Positions 1 through 5,964 of a stretch of 5,964 bases of DNA are shown here, one piece after another. The position numbers and the translations under genes are program-made. The DNA is from a virus (lineage: Duplodnaviria; Heunggongvirae; Uroviricota; Caudoviricetes). The notes below the pieces were generated by a model that was not told the DNA's origin, ran no database searches, and worked only from the letters and a program-made list of their open reading frames with translations. The first letter of the stretch is position 1, and each line of letters starts with the position of its first letter. The stretch lies in the IMG/VR virus record IMGVR_UViG_2740892423_000011; one strand, written 5' to 3'.

Positions 1-697
1 GCCTTAATGGGCCGATATCACCGTTTTCGCCCTGACCTTCACTGGTAGGGATAAGGTGCAGGAACTCTTCCGAACGACGAAAAATCAGGCCAAAGGCTTC
101 GTTGAAAATCCTCAGCGCATTAACACCACGGATTTTCAGCTCCCCGGTCATGGTGTCACCATCACGCTGAACGGCATTTTTTGCCTTGTCCATCGTGGGT
201 TTTAATCCGAGGTTTTCAACAGCCTCATCCTTATCTTCCACATCCGAAAGATTCCTGTCCTGTCGCAGAAACAGACCATCCCCGGTTGCCACATTCAGCA
301 TGACCTGCGCACTTTCTGCCACTGCCAGCCGGAACTGCAGTGTGGCTGTCACACCGTTTTCCGGTTTCTCAATGGCTGCACAACTTCCGACGGCATAAAG
401 CACACCATCGGTGGTCAGCAGCCCCGCTTCCCTGACCGTAAATCCCCCCGCGCCCTCCGGCAGTACAAGATACGCAATAAACTGGTTTTCCTGATCAGGC
501 GATACCGTCAAACGTGAGATGGTGCCGCGATAAACTTCCCTGACCAGCGCCGTCTGCCCTGCCTCTGGTGTGACAGCATTTCCGTTCCCGTCCCCCACAA
601 CAAACCCGTCCAGCACCACCGGTGCACCACGCGCCGCAGACGCAGCCTCCAGCGCCTTTCCCCTGTTTGTCAGAATACTGCAATGTTTCGTGGTCAC
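1..697 (-). CDS. Tail fiber protein, N-terminal portion (P2 gpH-like); 3' end lies beyond the window start
   Basis: Not in the ORF track because there is no stop inside the window. Manual minus-strand translation from GTG at 697..695 (GGAG 6 nt upstream; alternative TTG at 715..713) is open for 232 codons to the window edge. It begins VTTKHCSILTNRGKALEAASAARGAPVVLDGFVVGDGNGNAVTPEAGQTALVREVYRG and later contains LVLPEGAGGFTVREAGLL and NAVQRDGDTMTGEL. These resemble the conserved N-terminal baseplate-attachment region of P2 gpH as recalled from memory. It sits immediately downstream of gpI, the canonical position. Confidence 0.7.
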   Translation of the reverse strand, partial: MTTKHCSILTNRGKALEAASAARGAPVVLDGFVVGDGNGNAVTPEAGQTALVREVYRGTISRLTVSPDQENQFIAYLVLPEGAGGFTVREAGLLTTDGVLYAVGSCAAIEKPENGVTATLQFRLAVAESAQVMLNVATGDGLFLRQDRNLSDVEDKDEAVENLGLKPTMDKAKNAVQRDGDTMTGELKIRGVNALRIFNEAFGLIFRRSEEFLHLIPTSEGQGENGDIGPLR

Positions 698-698
698 G

Positions 699-1259
699 TT
701 ATTCTCCCGCCTCAATCACCACATCAATATGCGCAGTCACCGCGCCACCAACATAAAACTGGCTGTCCTTTCCGATATCCGTATTTACGTCAATGGTGCT
801 CAGACCGCTGCGTAAATTCTTGGCCTTAATGACCAGCGCCCTGACCTGACTGTAAAGCACACTGTCAGCACCTTCCCGCAAAAACAGCTCCACACGAAAG
901 GTGTACGGTTTTTTGCGCGGTGAATCCTGCCACCACTCTTTGATTGCTGCCGGAACACCAACCGCACCAAGCGCCCGCAGCACTGCCCCCGCCGTTCCCC
1001 GGTGCTGATGCACATATGCCGCATCACGTAAAATTTGCCGCTTCTGCTCTTCACTCCAGTCATCCTGCCAGAAATCCACAGCAAACTCCCAGGCCAGCAT
1101 CGGCAACAGATGCGATGGACAGGTGTCGGGGTTCTTCACCTTTCTGACCATATCCGTATCAAGCGTCAGGATGCTTTCTGTTGTGGCCTGCTCCTGTACC
1201 CGCTCCGGCCTGACAGCGGAAGGCGGCAGAAGTGAGCGATACGTCTCCGCCATCATCAC
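699..1259 (-). CDS. Baseplate assembly protein, P2 gpI-like (tail protein I family)
   Basis: 186-codon ORF from the track. Its GTG start at 1259..1257 overlaps the gpJ TGA stop, with in-frame ATGs at 1256 and 1253 preceded by AAGAGG. Size matches P2 gpI (~176 aa) and it lies between the gpJ-like and tail-fiber genes. The translation contains MLAWEFAVDFW, which I associate with tail protein I. Confidence 0.78.
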   Translation of the reverse strand: MMMAETYRSLLPPSAVRPERVQEQATTESILTLDTDMVRKVKNPDTCPSHLLPMLAWEFAVDFWQDDWSEEQKRQILRDAAYVHQHRGTAGAVLRALGAVGVPAAIKEWWQDSPRKKPYTFRVELFLREGADSVLYSQVRALVIKAKNLRSGLSTIDVNTDIGKDSQFYVGGAVTAHIDVVIEAGE

Positions 1260-2161
1260 ACCTCTTTACGCGTCACATTAACAGCGGCACAACGGGGAGC
1301 CGTACCGGTTGCCGGTTCAATATCAGCCCGGGGACTGGACAGAATAACCCGCGCCACACCAGTCTGTTGCAGTGCGGCGTAAATGGCGGACAGCGGCACC
1401 ATGCCATTAATCCGATTTGCCAGCCGGGTATAAGACAGCAGCGTGTTTTTTGCATTCTCCAGCACTTCACCAGCATCCGGACCGTCCGGTATTTCCAGCT
1501 CAGCCGTCACGGAATAGTCATTAATAATGGCGCTTTTCACCGTCACAAAATCCGTCAGCGGACGAATTTCATCAGCATTCAGCCGCGCACTGACCGCGTC
1601 CAGCAACGCCTCGCTGGCAGCGCCATTTCCTTCACGGGACAACACGTAGACATCCACCTCCCCCGCTCGCCCGTGCTCTTCCGGACCACAGGCATCAGCA
1701 TCCAGTACATCTTCATCAGCAGAACGGGCATGAAAACGATAGGCATTGCGGGCACCTGCGGTATTCAGTTGCGACCAGGACAACTGGATGCGTTCGCGAA
1801 AAGCATCGTCCTCTTCCATAATCGCATCCGTCGGAGGCACGGCATCCGGATTTGCCGGAACAACCACCATACGTTCGACATTGAACGTCGCACCAATCTG
1901 ATCGAGATCGGCCTTCTGTGCACTTGCCAGAAAAACAGCCCGCACGGCATCATTCACCCGCTGAAAAGCCAGGGTAAGCTGAAAGGCTGTCACTTCGCCC
2001 TGCTTGTAAACCGGGTCGGATTCCACCAGTGCATCAAATTCAGGATCCAGTTCGCGCAGACGTGCCAGCCAGGCCCCGAAAATCACCGACGCATCAGGCA
2101 CCACGATGGCATCCGGTACGGGCAAATCCGAAAGATTGATCACATCATAACTTTCTGCCAT
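1256..2161 (-). CDS. Baseplate assembly protein J (P2 gpJ-like, Baseplate_J family)
   Basis: 301-codon ORF; P2 gpJ is ~302 aa. Conserved-looking segments include INLSDLPVPD, RVNDAVRAVFLASA, NAYRFHARSADEDV, YVLSREGNGAASE, IRPLTDFVTVKSA and VPLSAIYAAL, which parallel P2 gpJ as recalled. The ATG at 2161 overlaps the gpW 3' end by 17 nt. Confidence 0.85.
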   Translation of the reverse strand: MAESYDVINLSDLPVPDAIVVPDASVIFGAWLARLRELDPEFDALVESDPVYKQGEVTAFQLTLAFQRVNDAVRAVFLASAQKADLDQIGATFNVERMVVVPANPDAVPPTDAIMEEDDAFRERIQLSWSQLNTAGARNAYRFHARSADEDVLDADACGPEEHGRAGEVDVYVLSREGNGAASEALLDAVSARLNADEIRPLTDFVTVKSAIINDYSVTAELEIPDGPDAGEVLENAKNTLLSYTRLANRINGMVPLSAIYAALQQTGVARVILSSPRADIEPATGTAPRCAAVNVTRKEV

Positions 2162-2498
2162 AAACGGTTATTCCTCCTGTTGACACCTGTGTACCGGTTT
2201 CCGTATTCGTCCCCGTGATATCCACCACGCACCCGGTCTCATCTTCCGGAAACGTTACGATCACTTTTGACACTTTCAGCCGGGGTTCCCAGCGCGCCAG
2301 CGCCGTCGCCGTGGCAGCAATTATGCGCAGCCTCAGCAGGTCATCCCGGGGAGAGTCCAGCAATTCAAAAAGATCGCTGCCGTAATCCCTGACCAGAACA
2401 CGGCTTCCCACTGGCGTGTTCAGAATATCGCTGACTGACTGGCGCAGATGCGCCGCACCGGACAGGCGCTTCCCCGTCCGGCAGTTCACACCATTCAT
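2145..2498 (-). CDS. Baseplate wedge protein W (P2 gpW-like, GPW/gp25 family)
   Basis: 117-codon ORF; P2 gpW is ~115 aa. The motif DILNTPVGSRVLVRDYGS parallels P2 gpW DILRTPVGSRVMRRDYGS (from memory). The ATG at 2498 lies 2 nt after the gpD TAA stop (2501..2503). Confidence 0.85.
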   Translation of the reverse strand: MNGVNCRTGKRLSGAAHLRQSVSDILNTPVGSRVLVRDYGSDLFELLDSPRDDLLRLRIIAATATALARWEPRLKVSKVIVTFPEDETGCVVDITGTNTETGTQVSTGGITVYGRKL

Positions 2499-2500
2499 GA

Positions 2501-3688
2501 TTATTTTTTTCCTGATCCGGTACCAAAATAATCCGGCGGCGTTTTATCACCGGATTTTTTGCTTTTGATTTCAGCCACCAGATTAAACGTGAAGGTAAAG
2601 CCTGAAGAAGAGAGGGAAAACGCCAGTGACTCCACGAGCCAGCGGCGATCTTCCCGCTTACCAAATCCGGATGTCACCACGCCGGATTCGGCGGTCATGG
2701 CAACATATGAAGGACGGCACGGCCCTGTCAGCGTCATTTTCCGGCTGTTGCGTTGCGCCTGTGTTTTTTTTGACTTTGCCTGTTGTTCAGCCGTTTCCTT
2801 TTCCGGCTGCGTGTACGGACTGGTTACAGACGAGCCGTCATGCTCCACGGTTGCTGTTTTGGTTCGCCCGTCAGCCTTGTCAAAATAACGAACCGTGATT
2901 TTTTCTTTCTTCTTTTTTTTCTCACCACTGCCAACAGAACTTCCCCGTTCACCTTCCTGATAATTCCAGGATGACACCACGGAAGGTGTCAGCGTCACGG
3001 TCCTAAGGGGCGCACCCGATACGGTGGTTCCGGCACCCTGCTCCAGAAACAACCAGTAACCTCCGGCAGGTTTGCTGACGGCGTTATACGTCCGGGCAAG
3101 GCGGGATAACAGGCTGGCATCCGATTCTGCCACCTGATCAACATGGGGAATGCGGATCCCCGCCAGCTTCTCCGCCACCCGGGCCTTCAGTCCGTTTTCC
3201 GTGGCAACGGTTTTCACCAGATCACCCAGCGTGAGATTGTCCCAGCTTCGTGTTTTCTGATTCAGCACATCACCGGACTGCTTTTCCGCATTCATGGGAG
3301 CTGCGGTAGCATAAATTTCGATCCGGCGTGGCGGGCCGCTGCTGCTCACGCCGCACACCACAAACCAGCCCTTGTCCACCAGATTACCGTTAAACCCCAG
3401 CGCCACCCGCAGACGCGCCCCCTTTGTCGGCAGGGGCAGCGTTTCAGAAAGCAGCGTGATTTTCAGTTCATCAGACCTGGCGGTGGCTCCGCCGTAATCC
3501 GTCAGGGTGATATCCACAAGATAACGGGCCAGCACCCGCGTGATATCCCACCCTTCAGCTGTCACCCGATACGCCGGGCAGAATTCCCGGACGGTCGTGG
3601 CAATGGTTTCCTGTTTTTTCTCACTGTTCAGGGACTCCTGATACGCAGCATTTATCGCCTGCAGCTGTTCTGATAATGACGTCATCAT
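2501..3688 (-). CDS. Tail hub / late control protein D (P2 gpD-like), intact copy
   Basis: The track ORF is 2501..3706 from a GTG inside the gpX 3' end. The start is more likely the ATG at 3688 or 3685 (MMTSLSEQ), preceded by GGGAGGAG. Length (~395 aa) matches P2 gpD (387 aa). LAGIRIPHVDQ parallels P2 LAGIKIPHIDQ, and a lysine-rich linker GEKKKKKEK mirrors the K-rich segment of P2 gpD (both from memory). Confidence 0.8.
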   Translation of the reverse strand: MMTSLSEQLQAINAAYQESLNSEKKQETIATTVREFCPAYRVTAEGWDITRVLARYLVDITLTDYGGATARSDELKITLLSETLPLPTKGARLRVALGFNGNLVDKGWFVVCGVSSSGPPRRIEIYATAAPMNAEKQSGDVLNQKTRSWDNLTLGDLVKTVATENGLKARVAEKLAGIRIPHVDQVAESDASLLSRLARTYNAVSKPAGGYWLFLEQGAGTTVSGAPLRTVTLTPSVVSSWNYQEGERGSSVGSGEKKKKKEKITVRYFDKADGRTKTATVEHDGSSVTSPYTQPEKETAEQQAKSKKTQAQRNSRKMTLTGPCRPSYVAMTAESGVVTSGFGKREDRRWLVESLAFSLSSSGFTFTFNLVAEIKSKKSGDKTPPDYFGTGSGKK

Positions 3689-3881
3689 CTCCTCCCTTAA
3701 TCCCACAGGCTGTATGGCGACTCAGACACCTGTTGTGTGATTTCAGGCAACACAATGCGGATCCCCGCCGGATAAACCGCCCCCTTATCTGCCAGCCCCT
3801 GATTGGCCTCCAGCACAAGAGTGAGCACGGCAGACAGATTTTCCGTGCCGTAATGCGTGGCGCAAATCGCATCAAGCACAT
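2943..3881. repeat. Direct repeat copy A (~939 bp), covering the gpD 5' region plus gpX 3' region
   Basis: By-eye alignment at a constant offset of 963 nt to 3906..4844: about 30 substitutions and no indels (~97% identity). Copy A ends exactly at the N run. Confidence 0.9.
3697..3881 (-). CDS. Tail protein X (P2 gpX-like), copy A; N-terminal ~11 codons lost in the assembly gap
   Basis: Open frame from the gap edge to TAA at 3697..3699, translating VLDAICATHYGTENLSAVLTLVLEANQGLADKGAVYPAGIRIVLPEITQQVSESPYSLWD. This is near-identical to the intact copy B at 4660..4875. The track ORF 3697..3915 spans the N run and is a chimera. Confidence 0.6.
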
Positions 3882-3891
3882 NNNNNNNNNN
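3882..3891. other. Run of 10 N: scaffold or assembly gap of unknown true length
   Basis: Ten consecutive n characters seen directly in the sequence; 10 or 100 N is a common placeholder for unsized gaps. Confidence 0.95.
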
Positions 3892-4651
3892 CTCCGGTAG
3901 AGCTCCCCCGTTCACCTTCCTGATAATTCCAGGATGACACCACGGAAGGTGTCAGCGTCACGGTCCTAAGGGGCGCGCCCGATACGGTGGTTCCGGCACC
4001 CTGCTCCAGAAACAACCAGTAACCTCCGGCAGGTTTACTGACGGCGTTATACGTCCGGGCAAGGCGGGACAACAGGCTGGCATCCGATTCTGCCACCTGA
4101 TCCACATGGGTAATGCGGATCCCCGCCAGCTTCTCCGCCACCCGGGCCTTCAGTCCGTTTTCCGTGGCAACAGTTTTCACCAGATCACCCAGCGTGAGAT
4201 TATCCCAGCTTCGTGTTTTCTGATTCAGCACGTCGCCGGACTGCTTTTCCGCATTCATGGGGGCAGCAGTAGCATAAATTTCGATCCGACGCGGCGGGCC
4301 GCTGCTGCTCACGCCGCACACCACAAACCAGCCCTTGTCCACCAGATTACCGTTAAACCCCAGCGCCACCCGCAGACGTGCCCCCTTTGTCGGCAGGGGC
4401 AGTCTTTCAGAAAGCAGCGTGATCTTCAGTTCATCAGACCTGGCGGTGGCTCCGCCGTAATCCGTCAGGGTGATATCCACAAGATAACGGGCCAGCACCC
4501 GCGTGATATCCCGCCCTTCAGCTGTCACCCGATACGCCGGGCAGAATTCCCGGACAGTCGTGGCGATGGTTTCCTGTTTTTTCTCATTTTTCAGGGACGC
4601 CTGATACGCGGCATTTATTGCCTGCAGCTGTTCTGATAATGACGTCATCAT
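3892..4651 (-). CDS. Second copy of the gpD-like N-terminal region (~254 codons), 3'-truncated at the N gap
   Basis: Minus-strand frame MMTSLSEQLQAINAAYQASLKNEKKQ ... NYQEGERGSSTG runs into the N run. It is ~97% identical in nucleotides to 2943..3688 of the intact gpD, with about 6 amino-acid differences across the shared region (E to A, N to K, S to N, W to R, T to R, P to T). The ATG at 4651 has the same GGGAGGAG context. Confidence 0.6.
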
Positions 4652-4844
4652 CTCCTCCCTTAATCCCACAGGCTGTATGGCGACTCAGACACCTGTTGTG
4701 TGATTTCAGGCAACGCAATGCGGATCCCCGCCGGATAAACCGCGCCTTTCTCTGCCAGCCCCTGATTGGCCTCCAGCACAAGAGTGAGCACGGCAGACAG
4801 ATTTTCCGTGCCGTAATGCGTGGCGCAAATCGCATCAAGCACAT
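3906..4844. repeat. Direct repeat copy B (~939 bp), partner of 2943..3881
   Basis: Same alignment as copy A. Similarity starts 14 nt after the N run and ends at 4844 (acat), after which copy B continues into unique gpX N-terminal and gpU sequence. Confidence 0.9.
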
Positions 4845-4875
4845 CCCCGTCACGGGTTATCCAGATCGTCGGCAT
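4660..4875 (-). CDS. Tail protein X (P2 gpX-like, LysM-like), intact copy B
   Basis: 71-codon ORF; P2 gpX is 67 aa. MPTIWITRDGDVLDAICATHYG ... PYSLWD parallels P2 gpX MKTFALQGDTLDAICVRYYG ... NLWE (from memory). The ATG at 4875 overlaps the gpU 3' end, and its TAA stop at 4660..4662 lies just before the gpD copy-B start. Confidence 0.8.
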   Translation of the reverse strand: MPTIWITRDGDVLDAICATHYGTENLSAVLTLVLEANQGLAEKGAVYPAGIRIALPEITQQVSESPYSLWD

Positions 4876-5329
4876 AATGTTTCAGCTCCAGACTCCACTT
4901 TTTGTTACGGTGCCCACCGCCAGGCAAAAAACGGTCGGTGGAATCAGAAAAACGCTCCACCACCCACCATCCCAGCACATCACCTTCTCCGCTGACCAGC
5001 AGTTGCGGCTCAGCCTTATTCGCCAGGTCATACAGCGTGTTCACCGCCTCCGTCCCCGACTTCCCCAAAAAGGCGTGCGATTCCCCTTCAAGGCGAACGG
5101 TTCGCCCGTTCTTCCCGGTGTACTGCAGCAGACTCTGCTGACCGATGCGCGCCTGCTCGCTCCAGGTCCACCCCGCCTCACGGGTCAGCTGGTTATATGC
5201 CGTGGTATCCACGGAAAAGGCGAAATCCCCCAGCATCAGCATGACTCTGGCATCTGCAGCACCACGGAGATAACTGTTGTCACGCTGAAGGCTGTCTTCA
5301 GCGAGAGCAATAACCGAACCCACACTCAC
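4850..5329 (-). CDS. Tail protein U (P2 gpU-like)
   Basis: The track ORF is 4850..5350 (GTG start). I prefer the in-frame GTG at 5329..5327, which overlaps the tape-measure TGA (5326..5328) as GTGA and has GGAGGA about 9 nt upstream, giving ~159 aa (P2 gpU is ~159 aa). Later ATGs at 5242 and 5236 (MLMLGDF) are alternatives. The translation contains DFAFSVDTTAYNQL and LLVSGEGDVLGWWVVERF, typical of the gpU family as I recall it. Confidence 0.75.
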   Translation of the reverse strand: MSVGSVIALAEDSLQRDNSYLRGAADARVMLMLGDFAFSVDTTAYNQLTREAGWTWSEQARIGQQSLLQYTGKNGRTVRLEGESHAFLGKSGTEAVNTLYDLANKAEPQLLVSGEGDVLGWWVVERFSDSTDRFLPGGGHRNKKWSLELKHYADDLDNP

Positions 5330-5964
5330 CAGACACTTCCTCCATCCCACAACGCATTATTACCACTGAAGGTCGGGTTGTTTTTCGTCATACCGGCAAT
5401 GGCGTCCGCAATACCCTGTTCGCTCTGTCCGGGCTGCGCAACAATGTTGAAGTTATAATTCTTCACGCTGTTGTCATTCAGCTGTGCGCCGGACTGTCCG
5501 CCCTCAACAGGAATGGCCTGCACGGCAGCCTGCCATGCTCCCGCACTGGCAAAAGGATCATCCTGTTTTCCGGCAGATCCTGCCTGCGCTGCCGGCAACG
5601 AAAAATCGAACGTTTTTTCCGGCGTGAGGTAACTGTTCACCGATTCATGAAACGCATCCGTATCCACAATGCCCATAAAGCCCTTCGCGGCGTTATATTT
5701 TTCACGGACATTCTTTTCAAAATCCGGATTATTTTTCAGTTGCTCATCAAGCCAGGCATCCTGCCCGCTGTTCCGGGCCACTGTCCGGGCAGCGGTCATG
5801 TCACCACGCCCGACATACTCCAGAATCTGCTTCTGATCGCCCTGTTCATCCGGTAATAACCAGGCGAGTTTTTTGGCTACTGCAAAAATAATTTTTCCGA
5901 CAAAAATGACGCCTTCGCCGAACTTCAGGGCCGCCGGATACAGCGTGTCCCTCAGAAAAGACAC
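5326..5964 (-). CDS. Tail tape-measure protein, C-terminal portion (5' end beyond the window)
   Basis: The frame is open from the window edge (the leading M in the track is a GTG artefact of the edge) to TGA at 5326..5328. The Gly/Ala/Gln/Asn-rich C-terminus (…NNALWDGGSVW) sits immediately upstream of gpU, which is the tape-measure position in P2-like tails. Assignment is by synteny and composition only. Confidence 0.55.
   Translation of the reverse strand: MSFLRDTLYPAALKFGEGVIFVGKIIFAVAKKLAWLLPDEQGDQKQILEYVGRGDMTAARTVARNSGQDAWLDEQLKNNPDFEKNVREKYNAAKGFMGIVDTDAFHESVNSYLTPEKTFDFSLPAAQAGSAGKQDDPFASAGAWQAAVQAIPVEGGQSGAQLNDNSVKNYNFNIVAQPGQSEQGIADAIAGMTKNNPTFSGNNALWDGGSVW

Noticed and set aside
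186-815. Small ORFs 186..398 (+), 495..683 (-) and 570..815 (+)
   Set aside because: They overlap the manually verified open frame of the tail-fiber N-terminus and gpI in other frames or on the opposite strand. The conserved fiber N-terminal translation explains this region.
1232-2218. 328-aa plus-strand ORF
   Set aside because: It lies entirely antisense to the well-supported gpJ-like gene, and its translation is low-complexity (R/H/I/G-rich) with no recognisable family. This is a typical shadow ORF in GC-rich coding DNA.
2365-2898. Minus- and plus-strand ORFs of 90-109 aa (2365..2664, 2559..2888, 2626..2898)
   Set aside because: They are alternative-frame or antisense overlaps of the gpD 3' region and gpW, with Arg/Ser/Cys-rich translations. 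Nothing supports them as genes.
3143-4636. Two near-identical 176-aa plus-strand ORFs (3143..3673 and 4106..4636)
   Set aside because: Both are antisense shadows of the two gpD copies; they are duplicated only because the underlying gpD sequence is duplicated.
3697-4669. Track ORFs 3697..3915 and 3872..4669, whose translations contain XXXX
   Set aside because: These read through the 10-N run and their ends are chimeric. The real coding segments are gpX copy A (3697..3881) and gpD copy B (3892..4651), each truncated by the gap.
2943-4844. Possibility that the direct repeats mark an IS element, CRISPR array or diversity-generating retroelement (TR/VR pair)
   Set aside because: There are only two copies of ~940 bp and no short repeat-spacer periodicity. 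The repeat content is phage structural coding sequence, with no transposase or reverse transcriptase. Substitutions between the copies are a mix of transitions and transversions rather than adenine-specific, and 940 bp is far longer than typical DGR repeats.
4820-5458. 212-aa plus-strand ORF
   Set aside because: Antisense to gpU and the tape-measure 3' end, with no Shine-Dalgarno context and a low-complexity translation.

Overview
This window is a single minus-strand operon of contractile-tail (P2-like myovirus) structural genes, read from high to low coordinates: tape-measure C-terminus (partial), gpU-like, gpX-like, gpD-like hub, gpW-like, gpJ-like, gpI-like, and the N-terminal third of a gpH-like tail fiber that runs off the window at position 1. 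Genes are tightly packed with overlapping stop/start codons. All calls rest on my own reading of the translations and remembered P2 family motifs; no database search was run. The plus strand carries only antisense shadow ORFs. I see no RNA genes, CRISPR array, transposase, integrase or recognisable defence or toxin system. The main anomaly is a 10-N gap (3882..3891) flanked by two ~0.94 kb direct-repeat copies (2943..3881 and 3906..4844) at about 97% identity, each covering the gpX gene plus the first ~254 codons of gpD. Both copies keep an intact reading frame, which points to a scaffold joining two related loci or haplotypes rather than a decaying duplicate. A second anomaly is the gene order: gpD abuts gpW with no gpV-like spike gene between them. 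I do not find a clearly novel biological system here; it looks like part of a prophage or an R-type tailocin cluster, and the window cannot distinguish the two.
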